In this document: one piece after another, positions 1 to 10,762 of the stretch
Position numbering within the stretch: the stretch's first letter is position 1
How the letters are laid out: each line of letters opens with the position of its first letter
DNA from: Selaginella moellendorffii
Lineage: Eukaryota; Plantae; Lycopodiophyta
Length of the DNA stretch: 64,000 nucleotides
Assembly (NCBI RefSeq): GCF_000143415.4
Contig: NW_003314287.1
Span: 580,203 to 644,202, forward strand
Reading direction: 5' to 3'
Made by a program: the position numbers and the translations under genes
The notes under the pieces: generated by a model
Seen by the model: only the letters and a program-made list of their open reading frames with translations
Database searches by the model: none
Told to the model about the DNA's origin: nothing

Positions 1-247
1 GTATTTATAGACCTTAAAAATTGAGGAATTGGCATATATATGCTATAATTGAATGAATAGACTGTAACGTCAAAGAAAACAAACTTTATTATAATGACTT
101 TTAGTGTTCTTACTTTTGCTTTATGAAAGAATACAGTTAATAAGTGAAAATGGAAATTCACTTTAAACACAATCTAGAATATTTATAACAAAGTTAGGAG
201 TTTATAATTAATAGCTCTTCTAAAATATTTTTTATTATTAACTTAAA

Positions 248-1243
248 ATGATTTTTAAACTCTTTTTGTTATTTACATTTTTTATTTTATCTTATGCTCA
301 ACCACCTCAAACTAGATGGATTGGAGGTTTGGGTCATTTTGGTAATCAGCACATTAGAAGAATTATCTCTCAACTTAGACTTTTAATAGAAAGTATTGAT
401 ATTAATCAACCAATTGTATTGAACAATCATAACTTTTATCTTTATGATACTATTGCTGCTGGTTACCAACAAGTTATGATTAGAATTTATGTTGTTCCTT
501 CAGGTTTTAGAAACTTTATTAATTGTAATCCACTTCCTGCTAATTATCAATTTAGTGGCCAATATATTCAAAATATTTTCTTAGAAATTTTACGATTAGT
601 AGAGTATCATGCACAAAGATATGGTTTAGGAATGATTGGTACTGTATATAGGTATTTTTCAATAGATTATTTTACATTTGGAAATAATCCTGCAAGACAT
701 TCTACTGAACCATATCCTGATGTATCCTATCCAAAAGGATTACCTGATGATTCTAATCCACCTCCTGAGATATTTGATATTAAAAAAGATATTGATACTT
801 CTCAGTGTTGGCCATATCGAGCACAACTAATAAATGGTCCTTTAACTTTTTATGGCACATATATAATAAATAGTAATAGTTTAATTTCTCCAACTAACAA
901 ATTTAGAGCTAAATTAATAAAGTGTAATCTAGTAATTGATGATATTAAAACTAACAAGAATATATGGTCTACAATGTCAGAAAGAAGTGATATTTTGTGT
1001 TATCTTCACCTCAACCCAGAGGAACATTTACTCATAATAGATAAGGATAATAATATTATAGGGAAAAATAATAGTTTTGGTAAAAATGTAATAATATTTG
1101 CTGTTTTAACAATAGAAGATACTGGACACTTACTAGTAACATCTTATAATAATAGGATGAAAAAGATAATTGGAGAAATAAATTTTAAACAAAACTATAA
1201 AATAGAAATAATATTTATTCTGGCACTATTCTCACATTGTTGA
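248..1243 (+). CDS. Secreted protein: unknown N-terminal domain, Pro-rich linker and C-terminal bulb-type (B-)lectin-like domain
   Basis: Intronless 331-aa ORF open in very AT-rich DNA. Signal peptide MIFKLFLLFTFFILSYA; linker PYPDVSYPKGLPDDSNPPP; C-terminal NSLISPTNKF..CNLVI..IWST..CYLHL..EHLLIID..AVLTIEDTGHLLV follows the B-lectin beta-prism pattern with degenerate QxDxNxVxY motifs. Confidence 0.6.
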   Translation: MIFKLFLLFTFFILSYAQPPQTRWIGGLGHFGNQHIRRIISQLRLLIESIDINQPIVLNNHNFYLYDTIAAGYQQVMIRIYVVPSGFRNFINCNPLPANYQFSGQYIQNIFLEILRLVEYHAQRYGLGMIGTVYRYFSIDYFTFGNNPARHSTEPYPDVSYPKGLPDDSNPPPEIFDIKKDIDTSQCWPYRAQLINGPLTFYGTYIINSNSLISPTNKFRAKLIKCNLVIDDIKTNKNIWSTMSERSDILCYLHLNPEEHLLIIDKDNNIIGKNNSFGKNVIIFAVLTIEDTGHLLVTSYNNRMKKIIGEINFKQNYKIEIIFILALFSHC

Positions 1244-2313
1244 GTCCTTAACTTTATCTCATTTATTATTTTAATGTTATTATTTTATTATGTATTTAAT
1301 GTTCTTTATGGCCTTTATTTTTTATTTCTGATTCTTCTTCATTTTATTGTTGCTGCTCTTGCTCACAATGGTGAATCCATCCTACTGCTCATCTCCATAT
1401 GAAGACTGCCAAAAAGAACATCATGGTTGGAGAGTCATTCAAACCTAGATCTACACACCTAGCTCCTTTAAAGACTTATTAGATACTCTAAGCATCTACT
1501 ATAGAATGAAAACTCCCATTTCATTTTCCATTTTGTAGCAAATATATCCTTCTACTAATTGTCCTTAAAGTTTTGGTACACAATGATATCATAGCCTTCT
1601 ACAACTCTATACAAAACTAGCTTAGCTTTTACGTATTACAAAGGTATGGCTTTGCAAAATCTAAATAGAACCTCAAACTGCTGATCTCCTCTATATTTTT
1701 GCTCTTCTATTCTTTGTTTTAGATGCCACAGCAAGGATTGATGGCAAGGATCTTATGAATGGAAGCTATAAACACCATCTAGAGTTGGTAGTATACAAGT
1801 TTAAGAATCTTACCTCTCATTTGTTGTTCTATTATTTGAGTTTTCTTCTTTATCAAAGTAGTTGAATGTTAATGAAAAACTCTGGCACGAGATAGAAGAC
1901 AAAAAGGAACTACGACTCAGTTTAGCACTAAGAAAGCTACTTGAAACGAGTTATCCCAACATAAGAACCAAAATTACCATTATTAAATACTCAAGAATAC
2001 AAAAGATAAACAAGTGATGGAGTGTAGTGCATTTTATCTCTCTTTAAGTTAATTGGAAAAGCGAAAAGAAATCTTAATAATGTTATTTATCTTAAATCTC
2101 AATATCACATGCGCTAAGAGTAGAGTGTGCCCCCAGGAGGCCCAGAATGCAATCGCAAACTCTCTCATGTGAAGCCATGCAAAAGATCTCTAGGTCAAGA
2201 ACTACACTCTTGGTTATGGGCAACATCATTTTTGAAATGACCTTTTTATTCACCGATTCGGACACTAGCTTTAGAAATTAATGAAGTTTCTCATTTACAG
2301 TGTTTCGTATATA

Positions 2314-4548
2314 TCACCAATAATCGTTACACGAACACATGCCATCCAGAAAGTGATGGAACCGGTTTGTGTCCCGGACCAAGATCTCTCGCCCAGTGAC
2401 CTTGGAGATGACCTTGGTAGCGGCATGGCAGTCCGAGCACACCCGCAAGTTTTTGACGATCCGCAGTGGAGCGCCTGGAGGGGTGCTGATGAGCCCAAAT
2501 GCAATCGCCAGCTTCTCGCTGTGGTACCAAAGCAAGTTCTCCTTCTCGTCCTCCTCGACATCCTGGAGCACCACTTTGGTGTCTTGGAAGTACCCTGCTT
2601 CCTTCATTTGCCTGCCCAGCCGCTGGATCTCCGCGTAAATTTCGTCTCTCTGCGGATGCATCTTGTCTCCGGCGATGAACTCGTGCACTCGATCCAAGAC
2701 CTCTATCCAACTGCATCCAGGCTTCTTTTTTATTCCCCGCTCCTCCATAAGCTTCCGGATCCTGGCCGCGTCCTTGGGCCGTTTAGCCGCCGAGTAGATG
2801 TTGGCAAGCGTGATGTATGGAGACGAATTCTCGGGGTCAAGCTCGAAGACCACCTCGGCAGCGGCCTCTCCTCTCTCCACATCCGTGTACAGCTTGCAAG
2901 CGCTGAGCATCGTCATGTAGAGCAGCGGCCCCGGATGGAATGGCATGAGCCGGAGCAAATCCTCGGCATCGCGGAGCTTCCCAGCCCGGCCAAGAACGTC
3001 CACCATGCACGCGTAGTGCTCCAGCGTCGGCTCAACCTGAGTGTCTCCAACAATCGACCGAAAGAAATCCCCCGAGGCCTCCACCACCCCCGAGTTGCTG
3101 CACGCGAAGAGAACGCTGATGAAGATGATATCGTCGGGGAGAGTTCCTTCGCTAAGCATCCGGTGGTAAAGCTCCATTGCCTCGTCCACGCGACCGCGCT
3201 GAGCAAAAGCCGAGATCATCGACGACCACGAGATGACGTCCCTCCTCCTCATGCCGTCAAACACGATCTTGGCATCGCCCAGTGAGCCACACCTCCCGTA
3301 GAAGTTCACCAGCGCATTGCACACGACCAAGTCCGTGTCGAAGCCCCTCTCGGCGACGGCGGCGTGGATCTTCCTCCCTTCCGCGAGAGCTCCCAGAAAC
3401 GAGCAAGCATCGAGCAGGGTGATGAACGTCACCCGGTTTGGAGCCATCCCCTTCCTCGCGGAGCCCATCTCCCGGTAGAGCTCCAGCGCCATCCTCGCAT
3501 GCCCGTTCTGGGCATACGCGGCAAGCATCGCACTCCAGGACACGACGTTGGGCCGAGAGATTTTCTCAAACGCTGCTCGGGCCTCCTCCACGCTCTGGCA
3601 TTTGCCATACATGTTCACCAGCGCAGTGCCAACGATCACATCGACCTCCAAACCGGCACCCGCCACCCGAGAGTGAACTCTTCTCCCCTCTTCCAGCGAT
3701 CCTGGAGTGGTAAAACCACTGAGCACTGTCACATACGTCACCTTGTTCCTCTCCACGCCTCGGATCTCCATCTCTGTGTAGAGCTCCACCGCCTGGGCTG
3801 GATGCCCGTTCTGGGCATATGCCGCGATCATCGAGTTCCAGGCCACCGGATCTCTCTTGTTCGCCTTTGTGAAAAGCTCTCGCGCTTGATCGAGCCGTTT
3901 GCACTTGCCATACATGTTGATCAGCGCCGAGACGATGACGTGATCCCGGTCGTAGCCCTGGGACGAGATCCTTGCGTGGAGCAGCTTGCCAGCCGCGAGA
4001 TTTCCAGAGATCGAGCAGGCGCCGAGGACATTGAGCAGCGTGATCTCGTCCGGATGGATACCCTCGCAGTCCATGGCCCGGAACGCGGCGATGGCCTCGC
4101 TGCCGCAGCCATTCTGCGCGTAGGCGCCGATCAGGATGGTCCAGGAGAAGAGATTCTTGGCGAGGAGATTGTCGAAGACCGCTCGCGCGTCGACGACGCT
4201 GCCGCATCTGCCATACATCTGGATCAAGAAGCTGCCCACGTACCGATCCCTGTCCAGGCCGCAGCTCGCCGCGATTGAGTGGACGCGCCGGCCCTCCGCG
4301 ATCGCCCCCGCATTGCCGCATTCCTTGAGCAGGTCGGAGAAAAGCCCGCGCTCGCTGGCCACGCCAGGATTTCGGGCAAGATCCTCGATCGCCTGCCTCA
4401 ACCTGTTCCGCCCCTCTGGATCGCCGTCTTGGATGTGATCTTTGGAAAACCTGTGCCTCGCAGAGAGGCTCGTTGGCCGACTCTCCTGAAGCTCTTGGTG
4501 GTGCCTACCCGGGAAATCCAAAAACAGAGTGGAACCGAGCACAAGCAT
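2314..4548 (-). CDS. PLS-class PPR protein with E/E+ and DYW deaminase domain (organellar C-to-U RNA editing factor)
   Basis: 744-aa intronless ORF with P-L-S triplets, PG box PGCSWIE, zinc ligands HSEKLA and CSDC, ending NDYW. Confidence 0.96.
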   Translation of the reverse strand: MLVLGSTLFLDFPGRHHQELQESRPTSLSARHRFSKDHIQDGDPEGRNRLRQAIEDLARNPGVASERGLFSDLLKECGNAGAIAEGRRVHSIAASCGLDRDRYVGSFLIQMYGRCGSVVDARAVFDNLLAKNLFSWTILIGAYAQNGCGSEAIAAFRAMDCEGIHPDEITLLNVLGACSISGNLAAGKLLHARISSQGYDRDHVIVSALINMYGKCKRLDQARELFTKANKRDPVAWNSMIAAYAQNGHPAQAVELYTEMEIRGVERNKVTYVTVLSGFTTPGSLEEGRRVHSRVAGAGLEVDVIVGTALVNMYGKCQSVEEARAAFEKISRPNVVSWSAMLAAYAQNGHARMALELYREMGSARKGMAPNRVTFITLLDACSFLGALAEGRKIHAAVAERGFDTDLVVCNALVNFYGRCGSLGDAKIVFDGMRRRDVISWSSMISAFAQRGRVDEAMELYHRMLSEGTLPDDIIFISVLFACSNSGVVEASGDFFRSIVGDTQVEPTLEHYACMVDVLGRAGKLRDAEDLLRLMPFHPGPLLYMTMLSACKLYTDVERGEAAAEVVFELDPENSSPYITLANIYSAAKRPKDAARIRKLMEERGIKKKPGCSWIEVLDRVHEFIAGDKMHPQRDEIYAEIQRLGRQMKEAGYFQDTKVVLQDVEEDEKENLLWYHSEKLAIAFGLISTPPGAPLRIVKNLRVCSDCHAATKVISKVTGREILVRDTNRFHHFLDGMCSCNDYW

Positions 4549-4813
4549 ATTCTGCCCTAGATTCTCGATCTAGTTTTGTCGAACAAAGTGTTATAGAAAT
4601 TCCTGAGTGGACTGACTGATCATGACTGTAAGTTGCCAATGGAGAATGACTTGGATCAACTTCTAATCAACTCACAGACTCTACCAGCGCACTGAGCCTA
4701 CCTATAAAATAACTAAAAGAGAGTGTACTCATAGAACAAAAGAAAAAGAGAGTCTAGAGAGAGCCTAGAGAGCTTAGAGAGAGAGAGAGCGCTTTAACTG
4801 ATTTTGATCTTCA

Positions 4814-5362
4814 ATGCTGCGGCTCAGCATCCATGCCGCTCTGGCAGCAGCAGCGGCAATCTCTTGTTTCTCTTGCTTGATCTGCGCAGCAGGAGTGGAG
4901 CGCGATGGATCCAGCACCACCAGGCTCCACTTCTTCATGCACGACATGGTAAATCTCCAGAACCCAGCCAACGCCACCACCGCGCTCGTCGCCGGCCCAA
5001 AGAACAACCTCGCCACATTGGCATCGCTGGGATCCGTGATGGTGATCGACGACAAGCTCACCGAGGGGCCATCCCCGGACTCGCCCCTCGTCGGCCGAGC
5101 ACAGGGCTTCTACATGAGCGACTCGACCTCCATCTCCAGCCTGGGCCTCTTCATCACATTCACGGCGGTGCTCAACAACGGGACCATCAGCTTGCACGGG
5201 CAGGACAATGTTCTGGACCGGGAGCGCGAGATCGCCGTCATCGGTGGCACCGGCGCGTTTAGATCCGCCGCGGGCTACGCGATCATCTCCACCAACAAGA
5301 TGATCCCGCCGCTGTCTGTCATCCTCGATGTGCAGGTGTTCTTGAGGTTGCGGGCCTCGTAA
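4814..5362 (+). CDS. Dirigent protein
   Basis: 182 aa with signal peptide and the motifs LHFFMHD, GSVMVIDDKLTEGP, VGRAQGFY, EIAVIGGTGAFRSAAGY. Confidence 0.95.
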   Translation: MLRLSIHAALAAAAAISCFSCLICAAGVERDGSSTTRLHFFMHDMVNLQNPANATTALVAGPKNNLATLASLGSVMVIDDKLTEGPSPDSPLVGRAQGFYMSDSTSISSLGLFITFTAVLNNGTISLHGQDNVLDREREIAVIGGTGAFRSAAGYAIISTNKMIPPLSVILDVQVFLRLRAS

Positions 5363-5559
5363 TTTCTTCTTTGCCACTGGCTCGGGTAGTCAAGATCCTT
5401 GCCACCGTCAAAACGGAAAGGAAAAATAAAGAGAAGTCTCTCTACTTCACAGCGGTCTCCAGTGTGAAGTCTTTGGAATCAAGACCACCTAACGTTGGAT
5501 CTGTTTCTTCTCGTTGCAAGTTCGCTACTTTCTACAGTCAGGGCCCTCGAGAAAGTCCC

Positions 5560-5655
5560 TGCCACCATGGCCCACTAATTGGCCACTTCCATCTCCTGGG
5601 AAGATCCCCCCGCCAATCGACCCGAGCATTGTATGGCTTCATTTTCTCAGCATTC
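5560..5655 (+). pseudogene. Relic 5' fragment of a cytochrome P450 paralog
   Basis: Reads PLIGHFHLLGRSPRQS, matching PLIGHLHLLGRMPHQS / PLIGHLHLLGKLPHQS of the two intact P450s at DNA and protein level; there is no continuation. Confidence 0.7.
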
Positions 5656-6173
5656 AGTCGTAATCTAGAGCTCTATTGCAAAAATGATTAACATTCAATG
5701 CAGGTGTACCACTCTGAAATGACCTAAGGATGTTGTCAGCACGAAAAAGAAGACCTTTACCACAATTTCGGTGCAAATCAACCGACCAGTCTATCTTTAA
5801 AATCCTTCTCGTTAGAAAGGAACGTGAAAGAAAAACGTTCGGTAAGCAACAGTCTTGGAGATCACCGAGGGAAAAAGAAGCGCCTCTTTCACCTGAAACG
5901 TAGAGCCCAGAGCTCTGCTGTAAATGTTTTGTGATTCCTACCTTGGACGCTGCGCAAATGCCATGCTCACACTGTGTCATATAACAGCTTGTCCTCTGCA
6001 CGAAAGTCATTGGTGTCAATTGCGATGCAACCTTTATAGAATCGTGGCCCACTCGATATGGATGTTTGATGTTTGTCTTGCAATGCCTTTCCAAAAATGC
6101 GATCGGCCTGCCTTCCCAAATATAATTGCCATCCCGGGACCTCCATCCAAATTCCCTCCTTTCCTTCCATTCG

Positions 6174-7737
6174 ATGGACCTTGTCACCGCTTTCATTGTG
6201 CTCCTCGTGATCTTGCTCCCGATTCTTCGAGGCCTCTTTCAGCGGTCGCGGTTACCACCATCACCATCTTTCGGACTACCACTAATCGGCCACCTCCATC
6301 TCCTGGGAAGAATGCCTCACCAATCCCTCCAAGCGCTGGCCAAGAAGCACGGCTCCATTCTCTTCCTGCGACTTGGGATTATCCCTGCTGTGGTGGTTTC
6401 TAGCGTTGATCTGGCAAAAGAAGTACTCAAGAATCAGGATTTGACATTTGCTTCCAGGCCTTACTTTCTTGTCGGAGAGGATGTTGGCTACCACTTCATG
6501 GGGATGTCCCTCGCAGGTTACGGTGATCACTGGAAGAAGTTGCGGAGACTCTACACTTTGGAGCTCTTCACCGCTAAAAGGATTGATTCTTTCCTCTCGC
6601 TGCGCTTGGAGGAGCTCTCTCACATGCTGTCAGCTGTGTTATATGCACACGAGAAGAATCAGGCCGTAAACATGAGGAACCTCTTGACATGTTTTACCTT
6701 CAACACCATCACCCGGATCTTGATGAACAAGAGGTACTTCCAGCACCAAGGAGAGGAGTTGCAAGGCATTGATTCCAGCGAAGCTAGTGTTTTCAAGGCC
6801 GTCTTGAGCGAGATCACAGAGATCTCCCTGCAGTTTCACATCAGCGAGTTTGTTCCAGCCTATCTCAGGTGGATGGACTTGAGCGTTTATCACATGAGGA
6901 GGCTGCATGCTGACCAGGACAAGTTTCTGCAAAAGATTGTCGATGAACATAAGTACGAGAAAAACAAATCCTCAAAGGACTTCATGGACCTCATGCTAGA
7001 GCTTTTCGATGGGGATCCCAAAGGAGACAACATGATAAAAGCTGCAATGACAGTAAGCCAAAGGCAATATTTTAGTCTCAAAACCAGGAACTTATTAAAC
7101 TTACTTGCAGGAGCTTGTGTCAGCCGGAACAGAAACATCAGCAACTACTGTCGAGTGGACCTTCGGAGAGATCCTCCACCGTGCTCCACACGTCTTGACC
7201 AAAGCTCATGAGGAGCTCGACTCCGTTGTTGGACGCTCCCGGCTGGTGGACGAGGCCGATCTTCCACGCTTGCCTTATCTCCAAGCCATTATCAAGGAAG
7301 CATTTCGACTCCATGTCCCTGTTCCACTGCTTGTGCCTCACATGTCGATGCACGAGGCCAGTCTAGATGGCTATCACGTTCCAAAAGGAGCCACTACCAT
7401 CGTCAACGCTTATGCCATCGGACGAGATCCAGCTCTGTGGGACAATCCCCTCGAGTTTCGTCCGGAGAGATTCCTTGGCAGTTCCATGGACGTCAAAGGT
7501 CAGGATTTTGAGCTGCTTCCGTTCGGCTCCGGACGAAGAGCTTGTCCGGGAATGGGCCTCGGGCTTAAAACTGTTCAGCTGGCTCTGGCAAACTTGATCC
7601 ACGGCTTCGACTGGAAAGCTAGCGGGCAGAATGCGCTCGAGGAAGCTGCTGGTGCCGTCATCTGGTTGAAGACGCCGCTTGAAGCAGTGGGTTCTCCTAG
7701 ACTTCAAGTTGAGGTGCTCACCTCCTGTCATATTTGA
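6174..7737 (+). CDS. Cytochrome P450, CYP71 clan (A-type); exons 6174-7052 and 7111-7737, about 501 aa
   Basis: Membrane anchor and Pro hinge LPPSP..LPLIGHLHLL; 58-nt phase-0 GT-AG intron 7053-7110; I-helix AGTETS, ExxR (EAFR), PERF, heme motif FGSGRRACPG. Confidence 0.95.
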
Positions 7738-7920
7738 TTTGATAAATTCAGATATCAACTACAATCAAAATGCTACCTGTTTACTTCGTCGTCATTTTGT
7801 GTTGAGTTGCGTACGTGTCGGAGATCAGCTGCACCGAATCGGGCAAAGTTACATGGAAGAGCCGAGGTTTTGCTGTTCTTCGCGGCATTCACGACAGAAA
7901 GCAGCTTGTACGAGCGTCTT

Positions 7921-10434
7921 CTAGCAATGTCGTTTCCTCGTCAGCTCCAAAACTTTCTTTTGCTCTTGCCACATCCCAGCGCTGCCGTACAGATTCGCCA
8001 TCAAAGAGTATGCTGCCGGGTGCTGAGTATCAGTCTCCAAAAACTTGTCAAACGCAACCTTCCCCATTTCCAGATCTTTCCACTTCAAACAAGCGCCTAA
8101 GATGGTCGTCCAAGTAACAGCAGTTGCAGGAAATGGCATTCTCTTCGCAGCTTCTGTAGCATCCTGTACCATATTAGCTCGTCCCAGCATGTCGATGAAA
8201 CAATGATAGTGCTCGATCCCAGGTTGAATGCCAAACTCCCCAGATGCCATCCTTCGGAACAGCCTTTTTCCTTTCTCCACAAGACCAGCGCGGCTGCAGG
8301 CACTCAGGACGCACAGCAATGCGACTCCATCGACACCACCATCTTCTTTGGCCACCATCTCCTGAAAAAACTGTAGAGCCTGCTCCGTATCACCAGCAGA
8401 ACTGTATCCAGCCAAGAGAGCGGTCCAAGTCACCGAGTCCGTGTTCTTCATCGAATTGAAAGCTCGACGAGCTTTGCTGGTGCTGCCGCACTTCCCGTAG
8501 AAGTCCACTAGACCAGTAGCAACAAACTCTTCGTCCTCGAGTCCGTTTCTGCAAATCTCTGCGTAAATTGCTGTCCCTTCTTCAAGAGCCGCCAGCTCTC
8601 CACAGGCCATGAGCAGAGCGACACAAGTCCGGCTGTTTGGCACAAACCGACCTTCCTCCCGCATTTGCTGGTACGCTGCAAGAGCCAGCTCCGCCTCACC
8701 ATTCCCTGCATAGCCTACGATCAGCCCATTCCAAGCCACTAAGTCGTGAAAGGTCATCTTCTCGAAAACTGCTCGCGCGCTGATCATGCTTCCACACTTC
8801 CCAAACATCTCCACCAGTGCGCTGGCAACGAACACATGCACATCGAATCCACCTTTCTTGGCCTGTGAGTATATATCCGTTGCCTTCTGTAGCCACTCTA
8901 CTTTCACCACCCTTCCGTTGATTCTCTCTCCTTCCACTTTTCCTGCTAGTCGACCACAAGCCATTGCTGCTGCTACAAAGGTGCCACCATTCGGTGTACA
9001 GCCTTCGCCTTGCATACGCTCAAACAGCTTCCAGGCCATCTCTGCGTCTCCGTTTACCAAGCACCCCAGAATGATAACATTCCACGAGACCACATCTCGT
9101 TGAGCCATCTGCTCGAAAACTCTGCGAGACTCTTCCAGGCTCCCACACTTTGCATACATGTCCACCATCGTGTTCGCGACCCGTAAGTGCGAGCTGAATC
9201 CCTGCTTTGCAGCCTCTGTATGTAACTTTCTCCCAACTTCAAGCATGACCTGTTGGTTGTTCTGGTGCCCAGCAAGATTCCCACAAGCCACCATCACTGC
9301 AACGAAAGTACGAGAATCTGGCAAGCAGCCTTCGTCCTTCATCCGCTCAAAAAGTTCCAAAGCCACTTCAGCCTCGTTACTCTCTGCATACCCCAAGATC
9401 AGCGCGGTCCAGGACACAACGTCGTGACGAGGCATGCTCTCAAAGACCGCAAAGGCATCCTTCAAGCTGCCACACTTGACGTACATGTCGATCAAGCTGC
9501 ATGAAACGAACAAGTTTGAGCAACAACCACTAGTTGAAGCTTGGACGTGTACCTCTTTTCCTCTCTCCATGCTTCCACCCTTGACAAGCTTCCCGTTAAG
9601 TCTCTTCCCTTCTTCTTTGTCTGCCAAGTTACCACAAGCCATGAGCGCAGCGACAAAAGTTCGAGTATCTGCCTCCAGTTCCAGTGATGCCATGACAGAA
9701 AATAAATCCAACGCCAGCTCGCTCTCCCCGTTATCCACATATCCTTGTAGCAGTGCATTCCATGCTACAAGATCAGGTGACGGCATCTTGTCGAAGGCCA
9801 TACGAGCGTCCACCATGCTGCCACACTTCGCGTACGTAGTAACGAGCATACTTCCAATGAAAACGTCCGAGCGATAGTTATTTGCCAGAGCTTGGGAGTG
9901 AATGGCCATTCCCTTCTGTAAGCATCCCATCTTCACAAGCTTCCCACCGACTTGCATGGCTTCTTCCTTTGTCGCCCAGCTGGAACAGGCCATCAGTGCA
10001 GGAAGATACGTTCGAGCGTTTGGTTCGCTGCCTTCTCGTCTCATATCTTCAAAGAGCTGGAGAGCAACTTCACACTCTCCATTGACTGCGTAGCCAGCTA
10101 TGAGCGTGTTCCACGATATTACACTGTGAACCGGCATCTGGTGAAACACCTTGTGAGCTTCCGGCATGTTCCCACATTTCGCATACATGTTCACCAATGA
10201 GTTCCCCAGTGATGTATTCCACGGAAAGAGGCCGCTCTTCAACACAGTTGCATGAATTTCCTGGCCACCTTTTATGTCCTTCGAGCGGCCGCATGCTTTT
10301 AGTGCAGCCATCAGACTGCAGGCATCCACTGTCACCTTCTGGTTTTCGGGAGCATTCGCAAAAGGCAAGGAACTGGAACATCTTGATGATAGTTTTTGCT
10401 TGTAAACCCTCGTCCGACAGGTGAGCCGATACAT
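7921..10434 (-). CDS. PLS-class PPR protein, E-type (no DYW), with loop-extended L motifs
   Basis: 837-aa intronless ORF; Arg/Ser-rich N-terminus resembling a transit peptide; repeated PLS triplets; HYHCFIDMLGRA and E domain WTTILGAC..AAYSLMANLY. Confidence 0.95.
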   Translation of the reverse strand: MYRLTCRTRVYKQKLSSRCSSSLPFANAPENQKVTVDACSLMAALKACGRSKDIKGGQEIHATVLKSGLFPWNTSLGNSLVNMYAKCGNMPEAHKVFHQMPVHSVISWNTLIAGYAVNGECEVALQLFEDMRREGSEPNARTYLPALMACSSWATKEEAMQVGGKLVKMGCLQKGMAIHSQALANNYRSDVFIGSMLVTTYAKCGSMVDARMAFDKMPSPDLVAWNALLQGYVDNGESELALDLFSVMASLELEADTRTFVAALMACGNLADKEEGKRLNGKLVKGGSMERGKEVHVQASTSGCCSNLFVSCSLIDMYVKCGSLKDAFAVFESMPRHDVVSWTALILGYAESNEAEVALELFERMKDEGCLPDSRTFVAVMVACGNLAGHQNNQQVMLEVGRKLHTEAAKQGFSSHLRVANTMVDMYAKCGSLEESRRVFEQMAQRDVVSWNVIILGCLVNGDAEMAWKLFERMQGEGCTPNGGTFVAAAMACGRLAGKVEGERINGRVVKVEWLQKATDIYSQAKKGGFDVHVFVASALVEMFGKCGSMISARAVFEKMTFHDLVAWNGLIVGYAGNGEAELALAAYQQMREEGRFVPNSRTCVALLMACGELAALEEGTAIYAEICRNGLEDEEFVATGLVDFYGKCGSTSKARRAFNSMKNTDSVTWTALLAGYSSAGDTEQALQFFQEMVAKEDGGVDGVALLCVLSACSRAGLVEKGKRLFRRMASGEFGIQPGIEHYHCFIDMLGRANMVQDATEAAKRMPFPATAVTWTTILGACLKWKDLEMGKVAFDKFLETDTQHPAAYSLMANLYGSAGMWQEQKKVLELTRKRHC

Positions 10435-10762
10435 TAGAAGTCATCTTCAGGCTGCAGCTTAGGCCATCTGAAACATAAAGAGCTTAGGCACAGATCAATT
10501 TGACCCAGGATTACCAAACGTACTGTGTTGTACTCGGGAAATAGTTCCTGGACGAACGTCTAAGGTAATCTTCGAACAATCTATTCGTTTTGAGAAGCAA
10601 ACACATTAAAGTTAGCATGGATTCGCTGCCTAAATTTCTAAGTCACGCCAAGAGTATATACCTCTGCTGTTACTTTTGTTAATGCTCGCTAAGTGGAGGA
10701 CCGTTGGGGGGCCAGGAGCTTCATATATGTTCGAGCACTTTCCCTCTCTCCGGGCAAGGAAA

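Noticed and set aside
2281-4560. Plus-strand ORFs of 334 and 304 aa (also the 482-aa ORF at 20623)
   Set aside because: Antisense shadows of GC-rich PPR coding sequence.
6126-7211. P450s appearing frameshifted or split into two ORFs (also 26401/27555)
   Set aside because: Explained by a canonical 56-58-nt GT-AG intron at the conserved A-type position.
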